From a virus: a DNA stretch of 38,526 nt. Below are positions 23,202-31,274 of this stretch, piece after piece. The position numbers and the translations under genes are program-made. Numbering within the stretch: position 1 is the first letter of the stretch; the number at the start of each line of letters is the position of its first letter. The notes under the pieces were generated by a model. The model made no database searches and was not told the DNA's origin. It worked only from the letters and a program-made list of their open reading frames with translations. The DNA is taken from the IMG/VR virus record IMGVR_UViG_3300044274_000281; one strand, written 5' to 3'.

Positions 23202-23549
23202 ATGGAAAATTCAATATTTCTCAATTCTGTTTTAGAGAAAATGCGCGAAACTGATGCCAATGGTAATCTGGTTGCATTTGACATTGAATGGCGCACATGG
23301 AATGAGCGTAATAAAATGGGCGGAAAACTTATGGTTTCCAAGCAAGCAAAGCTTTGTATGGTAACAGATAAGAAAAAAAATATTGTTGATGTACTTCGCA
23401 CTGAAACAAGTGAACTGCCACGCAATAGAAGAAATCCGAATCATTACAAAAACAGAACACGAAATATTGATCGCTGTGATGGATCACATCCGGTAAAAAT
23501 TCACATTGATTTAATAACCAAATTTAACGGCATGCAAGTCGTGTATTAA
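23202..23549 (+). CDS. Hypothetical protein
   Basis: ATG at 23202 (MENSIFLNSVLEKMRE...). The track start at 23139 is a TTG that reads through the T-run motif. Confidence 0.6.
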   Translation: MENSIFLNSVLEKMRETDANGNLVAFDIEWRTWNERNKMGGKLMVSKQAKLCMVTDKKKNIVDVLRTETSELPRNRRNPNHYKNRTRNIDRCDGSHPVKIHIDLITKFNGMQVVY

Positions 23550-23550
23550 T

Positions 23551-24891
23551 ATGGCAGGTGTTACAAGTACAAAAGGAGTTTATTTTGGTAGAAGTTCAGT
23601 TATTTTCTCTGGCAAAACTTCTGCTCCTGTCGCACCAACGACAGTAAAAGTTAAAGAAGAATCGGGAAAGTTTGAAAAAGGAAAGATTGCTCCTTGGGGA
23701 AGCGACAACCGATATCCACAAAAATTCTTAGATCAATTAAAACTTAATGGCGCGGCTTCAGGAGGTTTGTCTTTATTGAAAGCAATCCACTACGGAAACG
23801 GAGTAACCTTTTTCAAGAATGAAAAAGATGAAAACGGAAAGCGCACCAAACAAGTCCAATTCTTAGAGGACTATGAAGAAATATTTTCGTTTTGGAAGCG
23901 TAACAAAATGCCTAAGTTTTTCACTTCCACTATATCAGATTTGGAAACTTTCAGTATGGCGTTTCCTGAGTACATTATTAGTAAGGACTTTCAAAAAATA
24001 ACGCATGTTCGTCGCAAAAAAACAGCGTGGTGTCGGCGAGAACTCATAAATCCTAGTACGGGTATTTCCGAGCAAGTGTATTTGAACGCTAATTGGGAAG
24101 GCACTGAGACCAATAACGAATATACATCTAAGATCCATTGCATGGATCCTTTCTGGACTGCGGATGAAATAAGAGAATATTGCAAGAAAAAACGAATCTA
24201 CAAGTTTGTCATTCCTACACATTATACGATGACAGATGAGACGTATTATAATAAGACCAGCTGGCACGCAGTCTATCACAACGGCTGGATGGAAGTGTCG
24301 AATTCCATACCAAAGTATAAGAAATATCTTTTTGAAAATCAGATCAACATCAAATATGTGGTGTATATCTCTGACCAATATTTTGCTGACGAATATGGCG
24401 ATGATTGGGAAGAGTACGATGTAGCTAAAAAGAAAAAGATAAAAGAAGAATTAATCACGGCTATTGATGAACATTTATCAGGCAATGAATCTGCAGGAAG
24501 GACTTTGTTTTCTAAGAAAATCAGAGATGCCAATGGAGATTTTATCAAAGCCATTGAAATAGAACCAATCGATAATTTATTAAAGGATGGTTCTTTCCTA
24601 CCGGATGCCTCGGCAGCTAACTCTGAAATCAATTATTCGCAAGGCGTGGATTCCACACTTGTTGGATCAGGTACACCAGGAGGAAACATGGGAGCAGGTT
24701 CGGGAAGTGATAAACGCATCGCTTTTGTAATTCTTTCTGCACTTTTTAAGACAAAGCGCGAAACTACACTGGAAATATGGGAGTTCTTAAAAGAATTCAA
24801 CGGATGGGATGAGGCACTACAAGCCACTTTTGAAAATATGGTATTAACGACGTTGGATAAAAATCCGACTGGTCAAACAAACGGAATCTAA
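23551..24891 (+). CDS. Portal protein (candidate)
   Basis: 446 aa, downstream of terL. Call rests on size and position. Confidence 0.5.
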   Translation: MAGVTSTKGVYFGRSSVIFSGKTSAPVAPTTVKVKEESGKFEKGKIAPWGSDNRYPQKFLDQLKLNGAASGGLSLLKAIHYGNGVTFFKNEKDENGKRTKQVQFLEDYEEIFSFWKRNKMPKFFTSTISDLETFSMAFPEYIISKDFQKITHVRRKKTAWCRRELINPSTGISEQVYLNANWEGTETNNEYTSKIHCMDPFWTADEIREYCKKKRIYKFVIPTHYTMTDETYYNKTSWHAVYHNGWMEVSNSIPKYKKYLFENQINIKYVVYISDQYFADEYGDDWEEYDVAKKKKIKEELITAIDEHLSGNESAGRTLFSKKIRDANGDFIKAIEIEPIDNLLKDGSFLPDASAANSEINYSQGVDSTLVGSGTPGGNMGAGSGSDKRIAFVILSALFKTKRETTLEIWEFLKEFNGWDEALQATFENMVLTTLDKNPTGQTNGI

Positions 24892-25838
24892 TGGCTTTTT
24901 TAATCAATTCAACAGAAGAAATTCAAAATCATGTAACAGTTTTATCCTCGTTTGACTTTGACAGGGCAAAGCCTTACATAAGAAAAGCAGAGCGTAACTA
25001 CATTATTCCACTTATAAGTGAAGAAGAATATCAATACTTTATCGATAATCAAAGTGACGATTTATCTTCTAAAAAGAAAGTCCGTGAGCTGATAGAAGAA
25101 GCCACGGTTAATTTAGCTTTTCACTTAGGGTTCTCAGTATTGAAAGTACATATTGGTAACTATGGTATTACCGATACAGATGTTGATGAAGCCAAACAGA
25201 GTAGTTGGGCAGACAAACGAGATTTACAACGAACTTTCATTCGTGATGGAAATAAGGCATTGGATGATGCTTTAAAGACAATGGAAAAGTACTTTGATGA
25301 ATTTCCGCATTGGAGAGCATCAAATAGTTTCACTGTGTTAAACGAACATTTTAATCGTCATACTGATGATTTCCAACTGTGGTTTAACATTCATAACAGT
25401 CGCCAAACATTCTTGGCACTGCGCCCAACCATACGAGAGGTACATGAAAAGTACTTCTTACCACTTTTAGGTGTTGCCACAATCAATCTTATCAAAACCA
25501 GAACTACCAATACGGTAATTACTCGCGCTTTGGAATTATGCCAAAAGGCAGAAGCAGCTCACACGATCGCTGAGATCGCAAAAACAGGAACTTTTGAAGT
25601 TACGGAAACAGGTTTTTTACTCAGATGGGAAACCTTGCCATGGGAGAAAGCATACAAGGATGTTGATTTGAAGAAACTCGATCGTCTTTCCAAGTCAAAA
25701 GAAGCTGCTGGAGAAGAATATTTAAAAAAGCTTAAAAAGCTAATTGAAGATAATATTACGCTGTTTCCTGATTATACAATTCAGACGAAAACTTCAGGAA
25801 TTCAGATCATAAAAACCAAATCAGGTCTCGCTATTTAG
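24891..25838 (+). CDS. Hypothetical virion-module protein
   Basis: 315-aa ORF with a 1-nt overlap to the portal candidate. Confidence 0.7.
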   Translation: MAFLINSTEEIQNHVTVLSSFDFDRAKPYIRKAERNYIIPLISEEEYQYFIDNQSDDLSSKKKVRELIEEATVNLAFHLGFSVLKVHIGNYGITDTDVDEAKQSSWADKRDLQRTFIRDGNKALDDALKTMEKYFDEFPHWRASNSFTVLNEHFNRHTDDFQLWFNIHNSRQTFLALRPTIREVHEKYFLPLLGVATINLIKTRTTNTVITRALELCQKAEAAHTIAEIAKTGTFEVTETGFLLRWETLPWEKAYKDVDLKKLDRLSKSKEAAGEEYLKKLKKLIEDNITLFPDYTIQTKTSGIQIIKTKSGLAI

Positions 25839-25839
25839 C

Positions 25840-25852
25840 TGTCCTTTTTTTT
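25840..25852 (+). promoter_or_regulatory. TGTCC-T8 motif copy
   Basis: The TGTCC starts exactly 40 nt upstream of the ATG at 25880. The exact TAnnTTTG box TAATTTTG (25868-25875) starts 28 nt downstream of the TGTCC. Confidence 0.55.
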
Positions 25853-25879
25853 ACATAGTCTGTAAAATAATTTTGAATT

Positions 25880-27625
25880 ATGAGTTTAGATCCAATAGAT
25901 TATCCGACAAAAGTTAATTTAAACATTGTAGTTGATCAGCAAAGACAAGCTACAGCAGAAGACTTCAATCAGATAAAACTAAAGTATAATACTTTATTGT
26001 CAGATTATAAGATTCAGAAAGGAGTTAATTTAGCCAATGAAAAAGAGATTGAAATTCAATCTTTATCGAGTAATGGTAAAGTGAATGCAATTGTAAAAGA
26101 TGGAGGTCAAATTAAAATCCATCGACACTTAGGAGCTGATAATTGGCTAGAAATTACACTAGGCAATTCGGGTTCTTTTGATACAGATGTCTTATCTGCG
26201 TACAAAGTAGTAAGTCAACGAGTATACAAAATGTTTGGTTATATATTAGCGAATGATGCTTCTCAATCAGGTACATGGCAGTCATGGACATCCAATTCTG
26301 CTACACAATATGTAGGTCATAAGTCTCTAAGAAGTTTTAATCCTGGTGATCAACTTTCTTTTACTAAAACTTTCGGAGGAAATCTCAGTTTAGTTTATGT
26401 AGCCGACACAGATGGAGGAATGGTTGAAATATCAATCAATGGTGAAACACCAATAATTGTTGATACATATTCAGAAACATCCAATTTATATAATCAAAAA
26501 CAGAATATATATACTGATTTACCTTATGGAACGCATACAGTAACTATTACTGTTTTGTCTGATAGTAATTCGAATAGCTCAGGAACTCAGGTTTGGTTCA
26601 ATGCGCTAGAAGTATCAGGAGATATATTCTTAGATGACCCATTAGTTTATCCTAAAAAGTGGGAATCGGGAACTGCATATTTACAGTTTGATGAAGTTAT
26701 TGGACAGGATGGAAATATATACATAGCCCAACAAGATGGAACTTCAGGAAATACAATTCCTGCTCATAGTTCTGGTTCAGTTAGTGATGGTGTAATTGAT
26801 TGGCTATATTCTTCTGCATCCTCATTTGTTTCAGAAAGTTTTCGTATACAGGCTATTGGTAGCGAGTTAGAGTATGCTTATGAGGTAGTCCCTTTGGATG
26901 AAGACATAGTTGAGGATATAGGAGGCAATCTTCATGGAAATGAGTACATAGATACTATGTCATATTATGTAGATGGAAAAAAAATAGAATTGGTAGAAGG
27001 AGTATACTATAAAGGTAAATCGATAACAGTCGAGCAAAACCTAGTTCAATTCTATGGTGATTATCAAAATAGGTTAGAAATAGCTAATGTTAAGCAGATA
27101 CACGCTTTTTCCCTTGAATGTATGAGCGTTAGATATTCAATTGATCTCATTTATCAATGTAATATCGGTTACTACTATACCGCAATGTTTCCATTTTTAG
27201 CATACGATGGGGCAAATCAAAGAATCCAATTTAAGGAGTTATCTTCTCCTCAAGCATCCGTTAAATTATTAGATTATGATGGAGTCTCAGGAAATCCTAT
27301 ACTTGGAAAAGAAAAAGATTTTATTGCGTATGCAGTAGGAAATGCTTTTGTGCCACGAGGCTCTGGTGGAGTCCCTTCAACTGAACCAGCAAAAGAGAAA
27401 GTAACAATCGCTTTAAGAGTGAATAGTGAAACTATGGATAACTACACTGAAAGTGAAATGAATTGTGGTTTAGCAGTCAATACTAACGGTAATAGCTTTA
27501 CAGGGTACTCTTCAATTTTATCTAAGATTTACTTTCAACGTATACGATCTGGTCAATCTGTTGTTTTTCAACCAGGAGATAAGCTACAAGGATTTAACAA
27601 ATACTATATAAAAATCCATAAATAA
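25880..27625 (+). CDS. Large structural protein with a CBM5/12-like carbohydrate-binding motif
   Basis: 581 aa. KKWESGTAYLQFDEVIGQDGNIYIAQQDGTSGNTIPAHSSGSVSDGVIDWLY. Confidence 0.6.
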   Translation: MSLDPIDYPTKVNLNIVVDQQRQATAEDFNQIKLKYNTLLSDYKIQKGVNLANEKEIEIQSLSSNGKVNAIVKDGGQIKIHRHLGADNWLEITLGNSGSFDTDVLSAYKVVSQRVYKMFGYILANDASQSGTWQSWTSNSATQYVGHKSLRSFNPGDQLSFTKTFGGNLSLVYVADTDGGMVEISINGETPIIVDTYSETSNLYNQKQNIYTDLPYGTHTVTITVLSDSNSNSSGTQVWFNALEVSGDIFLDDPLVYPKKWESGTAYLQFDEVIGQDGNIYIAQQDGTSGNTIPAHSSGSVSDGVIDWLYSSASSFVSESFRIQAIGSELEYAYEVVPLDEDIVEDIGGNLHGNEYIDTMSYYVDGKKIELVEGVYYKGKSITVEQNLVQFYGDYQNRLEIANVKQIHAFSLECMSVRYSIDLIYQCNIGYYYTAMFPFLAYDGANQRIQFKELSSPQASVKLLDYDGVSGNPILGKEKDFIAYAVGNAFVPRGSGGVPSTEPAKEKVTIALRVNSETMDNYTESEMNCGLAVNTNGNSFTGYSSILSKIYFQRIRSGQSVVFQPGDKLQGFNKYYIKIHK

Positions 27626-27646
27626 TGAATAAAATATTTTTGAAAA

Positions 27647-27967
27647 ATGACATTACTAATATCATACATAACTAATACAACGATTGGTAAATGGTTGTAT
27701 GGTCTAGTCTTTACAGTTTCAACCTACGACCTAGTAAAACAATCTACTATGAATGAAACATCTTTTTTTGAGGAGCTTTTAAAAAATGTTCCTGCGCAAG
27801 TAGTATATGTATTAGGAATAATTTATGGAATTGCAATTGTCTTGACTAAAATTTCCGATTTATGGAAAAGGCACGAATTAAATAAGCTTCAAGTAAAAAA
27901 AGAAAGAGAACATCTCGAACAAGAAGAGATTAATACCGAAATCCAACGAAAAGAAATTCAAAAATGA
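27647..27967 (+). CDS. Holin candidate
   Basis: 106 aa. Hydrophobic segments (WLYGLVFTVSTY; VVYVLGIIYGIAIVLTKI) followed by a highly charged C-terminus. ATGA overlap with the next gene. Confidence 0.5.
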   Translation: MTLLISYITNTTIGKWLYGLVFTVSTYDLVKQSTMNETSFFEELLKNVPAQVVYVLGIIYGIAIVLTKISDLWKRHELNKLQVKKEREHLEQEEINTEIQRKEIQK

Positions 27968-28392
27968 AAAAGGTAGTACTACAACGTCTATGGCAAGATA
28001 AGAACCAAGCTACAGGAGTACTAACTGTTGTAGATAGTATAGGACAACCAATTTTTATTTGCTTGTGTATTGAAAGAGGAGATCGTAACAATAAACGAAA
28101 CGTCAGCAATGTTCCTGCGGGAATATATCCTTTAGTCCTAGAATACTCTCCTAGATTTAAACGTGATCTTTTTGAATTAAAAGAAGTACCAAATAGGAGT
28201 GAGTGCAAAATACACGCATCAAATTTTTGGACACAACTAAATGGATGCATTGCACCAGGACTAAAGTTGAAAGATATGAACCGTGATGGATACTATGATG
28301 TCACTAACAGTAAAAATTCACTTGAAGAATTCCATACTGCTTTAAATGGAATTAAGAAGACAACTATTCAAATAATAGATCCAGCAAAATGA
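27964..28392 (+). CDS. DUF5675-like protein; candidate non-canonical endolysin
   Basis: 142 aa. NVSNVPAGIYPLVLEYSPRFKRDLFELKEVPNRSECKIHASNFWTQLNGCIAPG matches my recollection of the DUF5675 pattern (IP.G.Y...VP.R..I.IH..N....L.GCIAP). Flanked by holin-like and spanin-like genes. Confidence 0.45.
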   Translation: MKKVVLQRLWQDKNQATGVLTVVDSIGQPIFICLCIERGDRNNKRNVSNVPAGIYPLVLEYSPRFKRDLFELKEVPNRSECKIHASNFWTQLNGCIAPGLKLKDMNRDGYYDVTNSKNSLEEFHTALNGIKKTTIQIIDPAK

Positions 28393-28907
28393 AATTAGCT
28401 TTAAAAATCATTCTACTTTCTATTTTAGTTTATTCTTGTTCGGTCAAAAAAGACTCAGCAAAGAAAAAAATCAAATCAGTTGAAGCAAAAGATGTGAATA
28501 CTGAAATAGTGAGAAGCATTCAGGAAAAAAGGAAAGGAGGTAAAATCACCACTGAAATCATTCCAGTTGAAAAACGTGAACGCGATGAGAATGGAGAACT
28601 TAAAGAATTGATCGAAACCATAAAAGATGGTGGTTTAACAAAAACAGTCATTTACCGTCCTGATGGAAAAGTCGATGTTGAATGTACAGCAGATGAAATT
28701 TATCGTTTGATTAAAGAAAAAATCAAACAACAGGATAATTCCATTGTCAAAGAAGAAGTCAAAGAAAAACAAAAGCAAAAAGAAGAAAAGTTTAATCCTG
28801 CTCCATTCATTTTTGGATTAATTGGTTTAGCAATTATTCTATTGGTTGGATTTTTCATAATGAGGCGTGTTATAGAGAAATCCTTAGTAAAAAAGCTCAA
28901 CAGCTAA
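28389..28907 (+). CDS. Unimolecular-spanin-like protein (N-terminal lipoprotein signal + C-terminal TM)
   Basis: 172 aa. MKLALKIILLSILVYSC lipobox at the N-terminus and PFIFGLIGLAIILLVGFFIM at the C-terminus. ATGA overlap with the upstream gene. Confidence 0.5.
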   Translation: MKLALKIILLSILVYSCSVKKDSAKKKIKSVEAKDVNTEIVRSIQEKRKGGKITTEIIPVEKRERDENGELKELIETIKDGGLTKTVIYRPDGKVDVECTADEIYRLIKEKIKQQDNSIVKEEVKEKQKQKEEKFNPAPFIFGLIGLAIILLVGFFIMRRVIEKSLVKKLNS

Positions 28908-29683
28908 TGCGCTTAAACTTCGACATACCAACCTCATGGAATGAACTTACTAATTGGCAATTGAAGCGAATTGCAAGTATTTTTTTTTCGGATAAGGATA
29001 CTAAAAAAGTCACTTTCCTTTTGGTAGTATATTTATTCATGCCTCGTTTATCATTGTGGAATATACTGAAACTATTCTTTTTGTTCATGCAAGTTCCATA
29101 TTCGGCTTTAAAAGAGTACACTAAATTTCTTTATGAAGAAAACGATCTGACTCGGTTTCCAAAAAAACTACGTTCTCGTTTTTCTTATCTACATGGTCCT
29201 GCAGATAGACTTTCAAATGTTACAATTGAAGAGTATGCCTATGCTGATTTATTTTATTACAATTGGGCGAAGACAAAGTCAACTACTGATTTAGACCGAT
29301 TGGTTTCAGTCTTGTACAGACCGAAAGCAAATGAAACAGAAGAATTGACAGATTTAAGACAAGCTTTCGATAAGGATAAACTCAGGTTTCATGCCAAATC
29401 AGTCGAACGTTTATCAACGCTAACCAAGATTACAATCATGATGGCATTTCAAGGTTGTCGTGACAATATAATCAAACGATACACAAACGTCTATAAAAAA
29501 GGAAAATCAAAATCAGGATACGCGCCATTTACAAAAATTATTGCTTCTATGGCCAGAGGCGAAAGTCAACCTTTTGGAGATTATTACAAAACCAAACAAG
29601 CGAATGTCTTTGACTTCATGGAAATGCTTGATGAAGAGATCAAAGAACAACGGCTAAAACTTAAAAAGACAAAAAAGAAATGA
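28907..29683 (+). CDS. Hypothetical protein
   Basis: 258-aa ORF. Confidence 0.7.
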   Translation: MRLNFDIPTSWNELTNWQLKRIASIFFSDKDTKKVTFLLVVYLFMPRLSLWNILKLFFLFMQVPYSALKEYTKFLYEENDLTRFPKKLRSRFSYLHGPADRLSNVTIEEYAYADLFYYNWAKTKSTTDLDRLVSVLYRPKANETEELTDLRQAFDKDKLRFHAKSVERLSTLTKITIMMAFQGCRDNIIKRYTNVYKKGKSKSGYAPFTKIIASMARGESQPFGDYYKTKQANVFDFMEMLDEEIKEQRLKLKKTKKK

Positions 29684-30189
29684 GAAATATAACATACGAG
29701 ATTCTTATGGACTATTTTAAGGACTTGGCTAAAAACCATGCCGATATTAATAGCTTTGTTGGCTATTCATCGCTTGATTTCCAAACACAAATAAATACTG
29801 TCAAAGGATTAGATGATTTTATTTTAGTACTCTACAATTATGAAGCTAAGTTAGAAGGTAATAATCAACGTACTATTTCACAGCGATCGATAAGTTTTGC
29901 AATCTTAAAAAAAGTGAAAGAACTTCATGATTTTAATGCTCAATACAAAGCAATCGCAGAGTGTGAAGTGATTGGTTTAGAAGTTTTATCAAGAGTAAAT
30001 TATGATAGTAAGCTAGATGAAGTGAAATGGTTGTATAATAATTTTGTAAAAGAAAGTGTTAATTTCAAAGAAGTCGGTCTGAAAACAGAAAGTGGTTTAT
30101 TCGGGATGGAATTTTTCTTCGATATAAAAACGCCAGAACCACTTACAATCCTTGCAGAAAAATGGGATGATATAGAATCAGTATGTTAG
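29680..30189 (+). CDS. Hypothetical protein (tail-module position)
   Basis: 169-aa ORF with a 4-nt overlap to the upstream gene. Confidence 0.7.
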   Translation: MRNITYEILMDYFKDLAKNHADINSFVGYSSLDFQTQINTVKGLDDFILVLYNYEAKLEGNNQRTISQRSISFAILKKVKELHDFNAQYKAIAECEVIGLEVLSRVNYDSKLDEVKWLYNNFVKESVNFKEVGLKTESGLFGMEFFFDIKTPEPLTILAEKWDDIESVC

Positions 30190-30195
30190 GTTTTT

Positions 30196-30216
30196 AATTA
30201 CGGTAAAACCGTAATT
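30196..30216. promoter_or_regulatory. Fifth copy of the TTACGG/CCGTAA palindrome
   Basis: AATTACGGT-AAA-ACCGTAATT, a perfect 9-bp palindrome. It could also act as a hairpin terminator, but the T-run is 9 nt away. Confidence 0.5.
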
Positions 30217-30271
30217 ATTATACGTTTTTTATTCATATATTTCACATGTAGAATAAAAAATTTCCCTTAAC

Positions 30272-30514
30272 ATGCCTGATATAATAGATTACAAAACGGA
30301 AGTGAAGCGACTTATACAAGAAAACTATGAGCCTGCTGATATGTTGACAAAAGAAGTCGAGAAAACTACAAAAGATTTAGTGGAAGGATTTAGTAATATT
30401 ATGTCTTCCAAACAAGTAGATGAACACGTAGTATATGAAGCTTTAATTGAACTCGGTTATACACCAAAAGAAAAAGAACCTTTATCTTTTAGTTGGTTTT
30501 TCAAAAGGAAATAA
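30272..30514 (+). CDS. Hypothetical protein
   Basis: 80-aa ORF. Confidence 0.6.
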   Translation: MPDIIDYKTEVKRLIQENYEPADMLTKEVEKTTKDLVEGFSNIMSSKQVDEHVVYEALIELGYTPKEKEPLSFSWFFKRK

Positions 30515-30515
30515 C

Positions 30516-30815
30516 TTATAAATATTCCCATGAACCGTTATCAACATATATCATTTCATTATCTAAAGTCATAATAATATCCTTCTCTTTTCTCCTTTTT
30601 CCTAAAATTATAGCACCATAAGTTCTTTTAAAGTTTTTGTTTGGTGGTTCTGATTCTACATGCACAGGAAAATTACTTTCAAAATGCTTTTTTATAGAAC
30701 TAAAATGTTTTATATATGAAAGAGGTAGATTCAATTCAAAATTAGTAAAATTGGAATCCATCCATATTTTAATCTGCCTTTCTATTTCCTTTACTGTGTA
30801 ATCATTTTTTTGCAT
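30516..30815 (-). CDS. Hypothetical protein on the opposite strand (moron candidate)
   Basis: 99-aa ORF, the only minus-strand gene within the 15-38 kb late region. Confidence 0.6.
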   Translation of the reverse strand: MQKNDYTVKEIERQIKIWMDSNFTNFELNLPLSYIKHFSSIKKHFESNFPVHVESEPPNKNFKRTYGAIILGKRRKEKDIIMTLDNEMIYVDNGSWEYL

Positions 30816-30859
30816 AAATAAAATTAAGCAAATTCTTTTAATCTAATTCCAAACTTCCT

Positions 30860-30872
30860 TGTCCTTTTTTTT
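30860..30872 (+). promoter_or_regulatory. TGTCC-T8 motif copy
   Basis: 52 nt upstream of the ATG at 30912. Confidence 0.5.
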
Positions 30873-30911
30873 AGGATAAGCTTCGCGCATCTTGCCATAA
30901 ATTTCAGTTAC

Positions 30912-31274
30912 ATGGCAGGTGATACTACGAATTTAGAGAAACAGGCTGGACAGGCAGCAGCCAGAAATCTTGGGAGAGTTGTTCGAAAAACACTCAAACA
31001 GCACTTTTCTAAAGACACTGGTCGTATGTTCCGAACTAATGCAACTGCAAAGATGCGACACGGTAGTTTGGATAGAATAGAAATCAGATCTCCTTACTAC
31101 TCATTTATCCAGCATTACGGTTTTTCTCGAAGCTACAAAAGTGGAAAAACACATCAATCATCTGGTACCGATCATTTCAATGAAGCACTCAACAATACTT
31201 CAATTATTGAAGAACTAGCTGATAAAATTGCCGCAATCCGAATTGATAATGTAACATCAATAATCAAGTTCTAA
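30912..31274 (+). CDS. Small virion protein, possibly HK97 gp10-like tail-completion protein
   Basis: 120 aa, directly upstream of the tape measure gene. Weak resemblance only (DTGRMFRT...IEIRSPYYSFIQHYG). Confidence 0.35.
   Translation: MAGDTTNLEKQAGQAAARNLGRVVRKTLKQHFSKDTGRMFRTNATAKMRHGSLDRIEIRSPYYSFIQHYGFSRSYKSGKTHQSSGTDHFNEALNNTSIIEELADKIAAIRIDNVTSIIKF

Noticed and set aside
23006-23425. 139-aa minus-strand ORF spanning the terL-downstream gap
   Set aside because: It runs antisense across the 23202-23549 gene and the TGTCC-T9 motif. Its Ser/Leu-rich composition is typical of antisense frames.
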